From Phaeosaccion multiseriatum (Eukaryota > Protista > Ochrophyta, other classes): a stretch of 64,000 bases of DNA. The stretch is taken from assembly GCA_965112735.1 (NCBI GenBank), contig OZ218950.1:186001-250000 (forward strand). The letters run 5' to 3'. This document shows positions 11,611 through 25,172 of this stretch, in pieces (position 1 is the stretch's first letter; every line of letters starts with the position of its first letter). The notes below the pieces were generated by a model that worked only from the letters and a program-made list of their open reading frames with translations, searched no databases and was not told the DNA's origin. The position numbers were made by a program, and so were the translations under genes.

Positions 11611-14600
11611 TGTATATTAGAGCTTATGGGCTCAGTATTGGAGCGCTCGAGGTAAGTTGTAACCATGTGTAGATGCGTGTATGTGTGGTATTGATGGAGC
11701 GTGAGGTGGAGGGGAAGAGGATGGTAAGGGTGGTAGAGTAGAGGATAATGGGGAATGGGAAGGGAGTGAAGGGGGGAGGAGGAGATGAAGGGGTGTGGGA
11801 AGGAGTGAGGTGGTGGAGGTGATATGTGAACTAGCCTACTGTGGGTGGTGCGGGTGACAAGGCGTGACTAACTGTGGTTGCTATGCTGTGTGCTGATGGT
11901 CTCGCTGTCTGCTGGCTGGTGTACTCCTGCTCCTCAGGCGGCCGCTCCGTCGATGGCTCCCATGAGCCCCCAGTCGAGGGTTTCTGCTGCTTCGTGCTGC
12001 GTCATGGTGGCTCGAAGGAGGGTGCCATACCTGATCTCCCGCTGTGAGAGGGCGCGTTGAAGGGCGAGGGACAGTTGTTGGCGCAGGAGGCCCTTGATGG
12101 GGCCCGTGGCTGCCGCCGCTGCGGGGCCGAGCCCTCTTGATGCCTTGTGGATGGCCATCGCCTCGATGAGCTCGTCCGTTTGGTGGCCCAGTCTGCCGTA
12201 CGTCTCGATTGCAATGCACTTCAGGGTTGAAGTCCCGGGCAGAAAACTGCCCAGGTAGTGGGTGCGCTTGCGTTCTTCGGCGGCGGCTGCTTCGTGGCCT
12301 GGCGTGGTGGAGGCCCGTCCCACGTGAGTGGGGGCGGTGGGGTTGGTGACGGTGATGTCGCAGAGGAGGTTTCTCCGCAGGGGTGCGTCCGCTCCCGGGA
12401 AGCTACCTGCGGGATAGGTCAGGTCCATGCGTAGGTCTCGGCCTGCTCGGGTGCCCGTGGGGCCGTCGAAGCAGGTCTGGTCCTCTACACGTGCTCCTCC
12501 AATGCCCACGCTGTGCATCATCCTCCCGAAGGCCTTGACGAGGAGGTGGTGTGTGTGGTTGTGGAGGCCGGTGCGGGGGCAGATGGTGGCGTGGGTAGTG
12601 CTTGCCGTGCGGGCGCAGCCTGTGCCAAGGCAGGGTGGGGGCGGGTCCGCGTATGGCGTGTTGACACCGAGGTTGCGACGAAGGGCCATGGTCCATTCTG
12701 CGGGGGCCATGGTGTTGTGGCCGTGGGGGAGCGCTCCGAGGAAGGCCATGGCGCCCCTTCCTCGCTGTGAGTGGAGTCGGGCTGTTGCCATTTCCTGTGT
12801 CTCCTCTCCCCTCTGTGCCTCTGCCGGTGTGACGTCGATGGTGGCGATGCTCTGCGTCAGCTCCTCATGGCGGCGTTTGTGGATGAAGGTGGTGAGGGCC
12901 TTCTGGACGCCGTGGGTCGGTTGACGGCCTGCCTGATGGCTCCTGCGCACGTTGCGTCGCGCTGTGTCCTGGGCTTGGTGGTCAGGCGGCTCGAGTACGC
13001 GTGAGCGGGCCTCGTCGAACTGTGCCTGACCCACTGCTTGGATGAGGGGGGCTCAGGGACCCCCTCCTCGTGCAGGAGGTTGACGCTGTCGGCGACGCTC
13101 TTGAGGGCTCCGTTGGTGAACAGCTGGTCCGGTAGGGCGCTCTCTTGGGAGCCTTCCCGGCGTGCGGTGCGGCTGAGCAGGGGGGAGGGTGAGCATCTTG
13201 TTGCCAAGGTATGCTGCTGGGGCGATGTCGTGGAGGCTGGTGAGGCCGAGGCCGCCGAAGCGCCGTGCCGTATGCATTTGTAGGCGCTGTGTCTCCGTCC
13301 ATGGCTCCTCTTGTGCATCTGCGGCCTGCTCCAGAGGGGGGGGCATCGGGGAGTCGCATGATGTGGGCCATTGTCGCTCTGTTGGTGCGGTCTGCCCTGC
13401 TGCCGAGGGCGCGTCGGAAGATGGAGGGGTCAATGGCTCTCGCCAGGTGTGTGAGCCTGGCTGGGAGGCATTGGAGGAGGACGAGGGTGGCCGCCTGGGT
13501 GTTGTCCCACTCGCTGCAGTGTTTGGCGAGTTGGAGGTAGCCCCTGGGGTCTTCTTGGCCGAGGATGTTGCGGAGGTACTCTTCGATGTACTCCTCCGTG
13601 CCGACGGGGATGCCGGCTACCACGGTACCCTCGGTGGCAAGTGTGGCGCCCTGCCGTTGGGCGTGGTCCCTGTCAGCCTGTGTTGGCTGCTTGCCTTTGC
13701 CCATGAGGTAAACCGTTTTCCTCTCGTTGAACTCGAGGCCCAAGCCTCGGAATTGGGCTTGGAGATGGGCATGGCGTGGGGCGTAGGTCTGTAGGGGTGC
13801 GTCGGGTTCCAGCTGGTCCATGAGGTCGTCTGCGTAGGCGGAGATGGTGGGGCGGTTCGCTGCGGTGTCGGCTGTGTTCTGAACTTTCAGCACTGGGTGG
13901 ATGGCGGCTGCGAACATGAGAGGCCCTTCTGGTGCTCCTTGGTTGACTCCGGAGCTCTGGTGGATGGTCTGGGTGCCGTCTGGTGTGAGGGCGTTGTGGG
14001 CGGAGGCGTGGGAGAGGCTGGCGATGGCGTAGTTGATGCCTGCTGGGTCGATGGTAGGGAGTGCTCCTGAGGCTAGGACGCCTCTGGCACGCGACACGCG
14101 GGTGTAGGCCTTGGTGATGTCATGCAGCACGACGGTTTTGCCGGCATCGTGCGCTAGCTGGGCTGCTGCGGCGTGTGTTTCCCCTCCGCCTCTGACCGCT
14201 ACCGCTAGCTGTCCTGCGCTTCTGAGCTCTGGGCCCACCCTGTCCGCGATGAGCTTCATGTGACAGCTCTCCACGAGGCTGCGGTAGAGGTTGGGGGATG
14301 TCACAGGACGCGCTTTCTCGCCGAGGGCTGCGGCGCTGGTGCTGAACCACCGTTTGGCGAGCTGTGGAGGCAGTGGAGTGTCCCCCGTTCGGAGCAGCTC
14401 GTAGGTGTCAGTCAGAGCCTCCACGATTGCGTACTCCTGGGGGCTGTCCGGGGGGTACTTGACGTGGCTCGCCCTGCGCCCGTCTGCTCCTTGGCCCTTC
14501 CAGAAGTTGACCCTCCGGTAGGTCAGCAGCATGGCTGTGCTGATCTCCTCTCTGGTGACGTCGTTGCCATTCTCGGGGTGCTCCTGCACCTGGGTTCTGG

Positions 14601-17600
14601 CGTACTCCCTGGCTGCTGCTGCTGCTGTGTTGATCTCTTCGAGGCTCTCGTCGACGTGCGCTTGCTGGAGGCGTCTAAAGGTCTCGTGTGTGGGAGGGAG
14701 GTGGCCGTCTCTGCTCTTTGTGCTGAGCCTCTCCGCGGCCTTGTGCAGGCCTCCGGGTTTGGTGAGCAGGTGGGCGCAGGTTTCTCTCCGTCGCTCCTCT
14801 GTCTGTGCCTGTGCTGGGGGTGGTGGGCGGCGTGCGTGTGCTGTGGCTATCGCTGCTTGTGCGAGTGGGGCGATGTCGAGGTCGAGGACCATCTGTATCC
14901 GCTGCTGGCGGCTGTAGGCTCCGTCTTTAGAGAAGAGCATGGCAGGGAGGAGGTGGTGGAAGACATCCCATGCCAGAAGGGTGTGGAGGGTGGCGTCGGT
15001 GGGGCCGTTCTTGTGGGCCCTCAGCGCCCTGTTCCAGTTGTTGAGCGCTCTTTGCTGTAAGCTGATAATCGAGCTGACGTGGCGGGGGTTGCACTGCGCT
15101 ACTGTCTCAAACACGAGTGTTGAGAGGATGGTACCCTGCGGGTCCAGGGCCCCTAGGCGGAGGACGTTTGGGTGCTGCATGGGCCATCCTTCCTCGGGTG
15201 TATCGTCGTTGGCTGGCCCTTCTCCGTCCCCTCCGTCCCCGCCGCTACCTCCTTGGCCTCTGCTCCGTCCTCCTCCCCCTCGTCTCGCTGCTGCTGCTGT
15301 GGTTCCTTGCGTGCGTGTGCTATCTCCCCCTGCCCTTTCTCTCTGAGGTCCCCTCTCTGCTGCTGCTCCTTGTCCGTTTCCTTCCCCCTCCCTCGTCCTC
15401 CTCTTCCTCCTTCTACTCCACTTGGCGCTGCTGCGATTGCGCCTCCTCCTCCTCCTCCTCCTTCTTCCGCGTGCCCTCGCCCTCCTCCTCTGCCCGTGGG
15501 GGTGGTGGGTTGGTACGGGTTGAGCCTGGCCGTTGCTGTCGTGTGCTGGGGCGTTGCCGTACGCGACGGGTCCTCGTTTGGGTCTGGGCCTAGATAGGCG
15601 TTCTCGAGGTCGTTGAGGGGGCCTTGGTAGGCCGATGCTGCGTTGCCTTGGGTGAGGATGGTCCTGAGGGCGGGGATGGCTCGTTGAGCTTGGTAGCCAG
15701 CCATGCAGCCTTGCGCGGGGCAGGGGAGGTTGCCTGGTGGTATGACGGGCTGCTGGTTGGCTCTCCTCAGTGTGGCTTGGTCGTTCAGGTGGTGAAGGAG
15801 GCACGCGGGGTGAACGGTGTGTTGGCAGCGTCGGGTGCGTACTGGCCACTCCGTGGTTGGTGCGATGAAAGGGGGGTCCGCGTCTGACATGCATATGCAG
15901 CATATCGGGGCTGGGGGGGCGGTAGGTTGGGGTGGGGGTGTGTGTCGGGTGGTGGGGGGTGGCTGGGACTGGCGGCGTCGCCCTTGGCTGGCCTGCGCGT
16001 GCTGCTGATGCGACTCTCTGCGCTCCCTCGCTAGGCGATCCCTTGCGCGGCCCATAGCTCTCCCTCCTTGTGCTGTGATGGCCTGCTCGATCGTGTGCCG
16101 GTAGCAGGGGTTGCGGCAGTAGGGGCAGAGGTGGTCGTTGCGGTTGGGGTACCTGCTCATGACTCCCAATGCGCAGTGGTTGTGCACGTGATGTTCGCCT
16201 TCGTGCATGGCGACTTGTGCTTGGCCAGTGAGCGGTTCCATACACACCGGGCAGTTGGGTAGCTCCTCGTTGTTGGTGGGGTCGCCTCCTCCTTCTCCTT
16301 CGTCACCTCCTCCCGCTGCTTGCCCTTCCCCTCCTTCTGCCGCTGCTTCCCGTGCCAGTGCTGGGCGCTCTCCTCCGCCTCTGCTGTTTTCGCCCTCTTC
16401 CCCCCTGCTACTACTCTTCCTTCGCGGTCTCCTCGTCCCCCTCCCCTGTGTCCCGCTCGCTCTCCTCTCCCTCCTCCCTCCTGGTCGTGCTCTCGTGTAG
16501 TGTCTGTCCCACCTGCTCTTGTCGGTGGGGGCATGCTTCGAGCTCGTTGGATGGTTGGCGGTGCTGGTAGGCTTGCGGCTTCGTGTGCTCGTATGCAGGC
16601 GTTGCATAGGGGTTGTCGTAGGCCTGATTGCGGGAAGCGGGTAAGGAAGGATCTGCCGGAGTTTCGGTGGGCCAGGTTGCCGCATCCACTTGTGCAGTCC
16701 CGGAGCTGGTACGTATTATTCTGTGGTCCGCTCTGTGGGCCGTTGGCGCGGTACCACAGGATTGACGCGGCCTGGGGGTGGTGTTCGCGCATCCATCGGT
16801 CCCACTCTCTGCCGCGGTTCGGGTGGTGGCTCGACTGGTGCCTGATGAGGCGGTCTCTTGTGTTGCCTACCGTGACGAAGGTGTCGTGGCATTCGCCAAA
16901 GTTGCAGAGGATGCCCCCTTGAATGTTTCCATTGTCGGGGTGTCTTCGGTACACTCGGGCGTTGTTGGGGTTGTCCTCCGGTGTTGGTGGGCTGGGTGTG
17001 GTTGCGTCGCTTTGGGCGGGGGGTGGTGGCGGTCCTGGTGCGGTTCCCCGGGGGGCCTGTCTCGTGCGTAGGGCGAGGGCTTGCCCCGGCGCCCACCACG
17101 GTGTGGCCATGGTGTTGGCGAAGGGGGAGGTGGTGGTGTTGTTGGTGTGGTCGCGTAGGGCGTGGCCGTAGCGCTCAACGATGGCTTGGACGTCGGGTAA
17201 TACCGCGATGAGTTCCTCCTGTCGTGAGGCGGTGATGTAGTCGTTGACCAACTCGTTGGAGGTGATCTCTTGGCCTGCGAGCGTGTGGGCATAGGCCTCC
17301 ACGATCTGTTGCCATCCAAGGGGGTAATCTCCTCCCCCATGTGGTCTTCCGGGGGTGGTGGGGGGGCCTCCGCTCCTTAGAGCTTGTCTGAGGAGGGGCA
17401 TATAGAAGTGCGAGTTGGTAGGCGGGAGCGCCGCGTCGCGCTGGTGGCGTATGGTGTTGCTCCATGTCGTTGGTGCGTGTCCATGCGTGTCTGTTTCGAG
17501 TGATGCTGTCTCTTCCTCGTGCGTCGTGGGGGGTGGTCGTACGAGGTCGGCGATGGCCTCGGCCGTGTTGTGGTGGGTCAGTTCCGTCGCGGTGAGGTTT

Positions 17601-18350
17601 AGGCTTGCGAACTCAGCGCTGATGCGTCGGCTGGCGGATGCTGGCGCTTGTTCGTTGAAGAAGAGGTTCGGGTGTTGCCGTATGGGGGTCGTGGCTGTGA
17701 GGTGGGTGTCTTCGTATTCGTCTTGGAGGATGGAGACGATTTGCTCTGTGATCCCGTGTGCGTTTCTGTGAGTTGACGCGTTGGTGGTTTGGGCTGGATC
17801 TGAGGCTCGGAAAGTGGCGGTTGGCCTTTCCGGGCTGCGTGCTCGGGGGGTCCTGCTTCGTCCCCTTGGCCTCGTGGTTGGCTGCATGGGTGCTGGGCTG
17901 GTCGCTGTGGGGGGTGGTGCTGTTGTAGGGCCTGTTGTCTCGCTGGCGGGCGTGGTAGATCTCCTGGCGGCTGGTGCTGTTTGTTGCCGTGTCGTTGAGA
18001 TCGGTTGTGGTTGCTGCTGCTGGGGGTGGGCTTCCGCTGCTGTTGCTGTGGGTTCCGTGAGTGCTGGTGGGAGCTGTGGGTCCTGCGGGAGGGTGTTGCG
18101 GGGTGCTGCGGCCGCTGGTGGAGCCGTGATGGGGGTGGGCACGCCTTCCCGTGCTGGTGTTTGGCGAATTGCTGCTGCCGCTGCCCGTCTCTCCCTTCTT
18201 TCGAGCCGCTGCTGATCGCGGCTCATAGGTGGCTCCTGCTGGGTTGCTGTGAGGTTTGCTGGTGTCTCCTGGGCTCCGGGGGGCCGCGTGGCCCCCCTGT
18301 CGTCCCCTTCCATGGTGGCCCTGTCTTAAGCAGAAAAAAAAGAAGGGTGT
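11611..18350 (-). mobile_element. Full-length retrotransposon copy 2 (6740 bp; coding span 11934-18313)
   Basis: Junctions gaggggtgcgaga|tgtatattag and agaagggtgt|gcgagaagca. Same domain set as copy 1, with frameshifts at homopolymers. Confidence 0.95.
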
Positions 18351-18431
18351 GCGAGAAGCAGTCCCTACAGGGAGGACTTTGCGTTGGGCACGGGGCTGTG
18401 GTGAAGCGGTGTACTGTTGAGGGGTGCGAGA

Positions 18432-21400
18432 TGTATATTAGAGCTTATGGGCTCAGTATTGGAGCGCTCGAGGTAAGTTGTAACCATGTGTAGATGCGTG
18501 TATGTGTGGTATTGATGGAGCGTGAGGTGGAGGGGAAGAGGATGGTAAGGGTGGTAGAGTAGAGGATAATGGGGAATGGGAAGGGAGTGAAGGGGGGAGG
18601 AGGAGATGAAGGGGTGTGGGAAGGAGTGAGGTGGTGGAGGTGATATGTGAACTAGCCTACTGTGGGTGGTGCGGGTGACAAGGCGTGACTAACTGTGGTT
18701 GCTATGCTGTGTGCTGATGGTCTCGCTGTCTGCTGGCTGGTGTACTCCTGCTCCTCAGGCGGCCGCTCCGTCGATGGCTCCCATGAGCCCCCAGTCGAGG
18801 GTTTCTGCTGCTTCGTGCTGCGTCATGGTGGCTCGAAGGAGGGTGCCATACCTGATCTCCCGCTGTGAGAGGGCGCGTTGAAGGGCGAGGGACAGTTGTT
18901 GGCGCAGGAGGCCCTTGATGGGGCCCGTGGCTGCCGCCGCTGCGGGGCCGAGCCCTCTTGATGCCTTGTGGATGGCCATCGCCTCGATGAGCTCGTCCGT
19001 TTGGTGGCCCAGTCTGCCGTACGTCTCGATTGCAATGCACTTCAGGGTTGAAGTCCCGGGCAGAAAACTGCCCAGGTAGTGGGTGCGCTTGCGTTCTTCG
19101 GCGGCGGCTGCTGCGTGGCCTGGCGTGGTGGAGGCCCGTCCCACGTGAGTGGGGGCGGTGGGGTTGGTGACGGTGATGTCGCAGAGGAGGTTTCTCCGCA
19201 GGGGTGCGTCCGCTCCCGGGAAGCTACCTGCGGGATAGGTCAGGTCCATGCGTAGGTCTCGGCCTGCTCGGGTGCCCGTGGGGCCGTCGAAGCAGGTCTG
19301 GTCCTCTACACGTGCTCCTCCAATGCCCACGCTGTGCATCATCCTCCCGAAGGCCTTGACGAGGAGGTGGTGTGTGTGGTTGTGGAGGCCGGTGCGGGGG
19401 CAGATGGTGGCGTGGGTAGTGCTTGCCGTGCGGGCGCAGCCTGTGCCAAGGCAGGGTGGGGGCGGGTCCGCGTATGGCGTGTTGACACCGAGGTTGCGAC
19501 GAAGGGCCATGGTCCATTCTGCGGGGGCCATGGTGTTGTGGCCGTGGGGGAGCGCTCCGAGGAAGGCCATGGCGCCCCTTCCTCGCTGTGAGTGGAGTCG
19601 GGCTGTTGCCATTTCCTGTGTCTCCTCTCCCCTCTGTGCCTCTGCCGGTGTGACGTCGATGGTGGCGATGCTCTGCGTCAGCTCCTCATGGCGGCGTTTG
19701 TGGATGAAGGTGGTGAGGGCCTTCTGGACGCCGTGGGTCGGTTGACGGCCTGCCTGATGGCTCCTGCGCACGTTGCGTCGCGCTGTGTCCTGGGCTTGGT
19801 GGTCAGGCGGCTCGAGTACGCGTGAGCGGGCCTCGTCGAACTGTGCCTGACCCACTGCTTGGATGAGGGGGGCTCAGGGACCCCCTCCTCGTGCAGGAGG
19901 TTGACGCTGTCGGCGACGCTCTTGAGGGCTCCGTTGGTGAACAGCTGGTCCGGTAGGGCGCTCTCTTGGGAGCCTTCCCGGCGTGCGGTGCGGCTGAGCA
20001 GGGGGGAGGGTGAGCATCTTGTTGCCAAGGTATGCTGCTGGGGCGATGTCGTGGAGGCTGGTGAGGCCGAGGCCGCCGAAGCGCCGTGCCGTATGCATTT
20101 GTAGGCGCTGTGTCTCCGTCCATGGCTCCTCTTGTGCATCTGCGGCCTGCTCCAGAGGGGGGCATCGGGGAGTCGCATGATGTGGGCCATTGTCGCTCTG
20201 TTGGTGCGGTCTGCCCTGCTGCCGAGGGCGCGTCGGAAGATGGAGGGGTCAATGGCTCTCGCCAGGTGTGTGAGCCTGGCTGGGAGGCATTGGAGGAGGA
20301 CGAGGGTGGCCGCCTGGGTGTTGTCCCACTCGCTGCAGTGTTTGGCGAGTTGGAGGTAGCCCCTGGGGTCTTCTTGGCCGAGGATGTTGCGGAGGTACTC
20401 TTCGATGTACTCCTCCGTGCCGACGGGGATGCCGGCTACCACGGTACCCTCGGTGGCAAGTGTGGCGCCCTGCCGTTGGGCGTGGTCCCTGTCAGCCTGT
20501 GTTGGCTGCTTGCCTTTGCCCATGAGGTAAACCGTTTTCCTCTCGTTGAACTCGAGGCCCAAGCCTCGGAATTGGGCTTGGAGATGGGCATGGCGTGGGG
20601 CGTAGGTCTGTAGGGGTGCGTCGGGTTCCAGCTGGTCCATGAGGTCGTCTGCGTAGGCGGAGATGGTGGGGCGGTTCGCTGCGGTGTCGGCTGTGTTCTG
20701 AACTTTCAGCACTGGGTGGATGGCGGCTGCGAACATGAGAGGCCCTTCTGGTGCTCCTTGGTTGACTCCGGAGCTCTGGTGGATGGTCTGGGTGCCGTCT
20801 GGTGTGAGGGCGTTGTGGGCGGAGGCGTGGGAGAGGCTGGCGATGGCGTAGTTGATGCCTGCTGGGTCGATGGTAGGGAGTGCTCCTGAGGCTAGGACGC
20901 CTCTGGCACGCGACACGCGGGTGTAGGCCTTGGTGATGTCATGCAGCACGACGGTTTTGCCGGCATCGTGCGCTAGCTGGGCTGCTGCGGCGTGTGTTTC
21001 CCCTCCGCCTCTGACCGCTACCGCTAGCTGTCCTGCGCTTCTGAGCTCTGGGCCCACCCTGTCCGCGATGAGCTTCATGTGACAGCTCTCCACGAGGCTG
21101 CGGTAGAGGTTGGGGGATGTCACAGGACGCGCTTTCTCGCCGAGGGCTGCGGCGCTGGTGCTGAACCACCGTTTGGCGAGCTGTGGAGGCAGTGGAGTGT
21201 CCCCCGTTCGGAGCAGCTCGTAGGTGTCAGTCAGAGCCTCCACGATTGCGTACTCCTGGGGGCTGTCCGGGGGGTACTTGACGTGGCTCGCCCTGCGCCC
21301 GTCTGCTCCTTGGCCCTTCCAGAAGTTGACCCTCCGGTAGGTCAGCAGCATGGCTGTGCTGATCTCCTCTCTGGTGACGTCGTTGCCATTCTCGGGGTGC

Positions 21401-24400
21401 TCCTGCACCTGGGTTCTGGCGTACTCCCTGGCTGCTGCTGCTGCTGTGTTGATCTCTTCGAGGCTCTCGTCGACGTGCGCTTGCTGGAGGCGTCTAAAGG
21501 TCTCGTGTGTGGGAGGGAGGTGGCCGTCTCTGCTCTTTGTGCTGAGCCTCTCCGCGGCCTTGTGCAGGCCTCCGGGTTTGGTGAGCAGGTGGGCGCAGGT
21601 TTCTCTCCGTCGCTCCTCTGTCTGTGCCTGTGCTGGGGGTGGTGGGCGGCGTGCGTGTGCTGTGGCTATCGCTGCTTGTGCGAGTGGGGCGATGTCGAGG
21701 TCGAGGACCATCTGTATCCGCTGCTGGCGGCTGTAGGCTCCGTCTTTAGAGAAGAGCATGGCAGGGAGGAGGTGGTGGAAGACATCCCATGCCAGAAGGG
21801 TGTGGAGGGTGGCGTCGGTGGGGCCGTTCTTGTGGGCCCTCAGCGCCCTGTTCCAGTTGTTGAGCGCTCTTTGCTGTAAGCTGATAATCGAGCTGACGTG
21901 GCGGGGGTTGCACTGCGCTACTGTCTCAAACACGAGTGTTGAGAGGATGGTACCCTGCGGGTCCAGGGCCCCTAGGCGGAGGACGTTTGGGTGCTGCATG
22001 GGCCATCCTTCCTCGGGTGTATCGTCGTTGGCTGGCCCTTCTCCGTCCCCTCCGTCCCCGCCGCTACCTCCTTGGCCTCTGCTCCGTCCTCCTCCCCCTC
22101 GTCTCGCTGCTGCTGCTGTGGTTCCTTGCGTGCGTGTGCTATCTCCCCCTGCCCTTTCTCTCTGAGGTCCCCTCTCTGCTGCTGCTCCTTGTCCGTTTCC
22201 TTCCCCCTCCCTCGTCCTCCTCTTCCTCCTTCTACTCCACTTGGCGCTGCTGCGATTGCTCCTCCTCCTCCTCCTCCTCCTCCTCCTTCCGCGTGCCCTC
22301 GCCCTCCTCCTCTGCCCGTGGGGGTGGTGGGTTGGTACGGGTTGAGCCTGGCCGTTGCTGTCGTGTGCTGGGGCGTTGCCGTACGCGACGGGTCCTCGTT
22401 TGGGTCTGGGCCTAGATAGGCGTTCTCGAGGTCGTTGAGGGGGCCTTGGTAGGCCGATGCTGCGTTGCCTTGGGTGAGGATGGTCCTGAGGGCGGGGATG
22501 GCTCGTTGAGCTTGGTAGCCAGCCATGCAGCCTTGCGCGGGGCAGGGGAGGTTGCCTGGTGGTATGACGGGCTGCTGGTTGGCTCTCCTCAGTGTGGCTT
22601 GGTCGTTCAGGTGGTGAAGGAGGCACGCGGGGTGAACGGTGTGTTGGCAGCGTCGGGTGCGTACTGGCCACTCCGTGGTTGGTGCGATGAAAGGGGGGTC
22701 CGCGTCTGACATGCATATGCAGCATATCGGGGCTGGGGGGGCGGTAGGTTGGGGTGGGGGTGTGTGTCGGGTGGTGGGGGGTGGCTGGGACTGGCGGCGT
22801 CGCCCTTGGCTGGCCTGCGCGTGCTGCTGATGCGACTCTCTGCGCTCCCTCGCTAGGCGATCCCTTGCGCGGCCCATAGCTCTCCCTCCTTGTGCTGTGA
22901 TGGCCTGCTCGATCATGTGCCGGTAGCAGGGGTTGCGGCAGTAGGGGCAGAGGTGGTCGTTGCGGTTGGGGTACCTGCTCATGACTCCCAATGCGCAGTG
23001 GTTGTGCACGTGATGTTCGCCTTCGTGCATGGCGACTTGTGCTTGGCCAGTGAGCGGTTCCATACACACCGGGCAGTTGGGTAGCTCCTCGTTGTTGGTG
23101 GGGTCGCCTCCTCCTTCTCCTTCGTCACCTCCTCCCGCTGCTTGCCCTTCCCCTCCTTCTGCCGCTGCTTCCCGTGCCAGTGCTGGGCGCTCTCCTCCGC
23201 CTCTGCTGTTTTCGCCCTCTTCCCCCCTGCTACTACTCTTCCTTCGCGGTCTCCTCGTCCCCCTCCCCTGTGTCCCGCTCGCTCTCCTCTCCCTCCTCCC
23301 TCCTGGTCGTGCTCTCGTGTAGTGTCTGTCCCACCTGCTCTTGTCGGTGGGGGCATGCTTCGAGCTCGTTGGATGGTTGGCGGTGCTGGTAGGCTTGCGG
23401 CTTCGTGTGCTCGTATGCAGGCGTTGCATAGGGGTTGTCGTAGGCCTGATTGCGGGAAGCGGGTAAGGAAGGATCTGCCGGAGTTTCGGTGGGCCAGGTT
23501 GCCGCATCCACTTGTGCAGTCCCGGAGCTGGTACGTATTATTCTGTGGTCCGCTCTGTGGGCCGTTGGCGCGGTACCACAGGATTGACGCGGCCTGGGGG
23601 TGGTGTTCGCGCATCCATCGGTCCCACTCTCTGCCGCGGTTCGGGTGGTGGCTCGACTGGTGCCTGATGAGGCGGTCTCTTGTGTTGCCTACCGTGACGA
23701 AGGTGTCGTGGCATTCGCCAAAGTTGCAGAGGATGCCCCCTTGAATGTTTCCATTGTCGGGGTGTCTTCGGTACACTCGGGCGTTGTTGGGGTTGTCCTC
23801 CGGTGTTGGTGGGCTGGGTGTGGTTGCGTCGCTTTGGGCGGGGGGTGGTGGCGGTCCTGGTGCGGTTCCCCGGGGGGCCTGTCTCGTGCGTAGGGCGAGG
23901 GCTTGCCCCGGCGCCCACCACGGTGTGGCCATGGTGTTGGCGAAGGGGGAGGTGGTGGTGTTGTTGGTGTGGTCGCGTAGGGCGTGGCCGTAGCGCTCAA
24001 CGATGGCTTGGACGTCGGGTAATACCGCGATGAGTTCCTCCTGTCGTGAGGCGGTGATGTAGTCGTTGACCAACTCGTTGGAGGTGATCTCTTGGCCTGC
24101 GAGCGTGTGGGCATAGGCCTCCACGATCTGTTGCCATCCAAGGGGGTAATCTCCTCCCCCATGTGGTCTTCCGGGGGTGGTGGGGGGGCCTCCGCTCCTT
24201 AGAGCTTGTCTGAGGAGGGGCATATAGAAGTGCGAGTTGGTAGGCGGGAGCGCCGCGTCGCGCTGGTGGCGTATGGTGTTGCTCCATGTCGTTGGTGCGT
24301 GTCCATGCGTGTCTGTTTCGAGTGATGCTGTCTCTTCCTCGTGCGTCGTGGGGGGTGGTCGTACGAGGTCGGCGATGGCCTCGGCCGTGTTGTGGTGGGT

Positions 24401-25172
24401 CAGTTCCGTCGCGGTGAGGTTTAGGCTTGCGAACTCAGCGCTGATGCGTCGGCTGGCGGATGCTGGCGCTTGTTCGTTGAAGAAGAGGTTCGGGTGTTGC
24501 CGTATGGGGGTCGTGGCTGTGAGGTGGGTGTCTTCGTATTCGTCTTGGAGGATGGAGACGATTTGCTCTGTGATCCCGTGTGCGTTTCTGTGAGTTGACG
24601 CGTTGGTGGTTTGGGCTGGATCTGAGGCTCGGAAAGTGGCGGTTGGCCTTTCCGGGCTGCGTGCTCGGGGGGTCCTGCTTCGTCCCCTTGGCCTCGTGGT
24701 TGGCTGCATGGGTGCTGGGCTGGTCGCTGTGGGGGGTGGTGCTGTTGTAGGGCCTGTTGTCTCGCTGGCGGGCGTGGTAGATCTCCTGGCGGCTGGTGCT
24801 GTTTGTTGCCGTGTCGTTGAGATCGGTTGTGGTTGCTGCTGCTGGGGGTGGGCTTCCGCTGCTGTTGCTGTGGGTTCCGTGAGTGCTGGTGGGAGCTGTG
24901 GGTCCTGCGGGAGGGTGTTGCGGGGTGCTGCGGCCGCTGGTGGAGCCGTGATGGGGGTGGGCACGCCTTCCCGTGCTGGTGTTTGGCGAATTGCTGCTGC
25001 CGCTGCCCGTCTCTCCCTTCTTTCGAGCCGCTGCTGATCGCGGCTCATAGGTGGCTCCTGCTGGGTTGCTGTGAGGTTTGCTGGTGTCTCCTGGGCTCCG
25101 GGGGGCCGCGTGGCCCCCCTGTCGTCCCCTTCCATGGTGGCCCTGTCTTAAGCAGAAAAAAAAGAAGGGTGT
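18432..25172 (-). mobile_element. Full-length retrotransposon copy 3 (~6741 bp; coding span 18755-25135)
   Basis: Left junction ggggtgcgaga|tgtatattag. Almost identical to copy 2. Right end followed by an extra target-like segment to 25199. Confidence 0.95.

Noticed and set aside
239-25037. Numerous plus-strand ORFs inside the retroelement copies
   Set aside because: Shadow ORFs from GC-rich, stop-poor antisense sequence, with no domains.
4017-25172. Interpretation as an LTR/DIRS element or as a simple tandem segmental duplication
   Set aside because: The repeated 600-bp block is the element 3' end (a truncated copy), not an LTR. There is no integrase, RNase H or tyrosine recombinase. Spacers between copies are different host repeat units and the 5' junctions differ.
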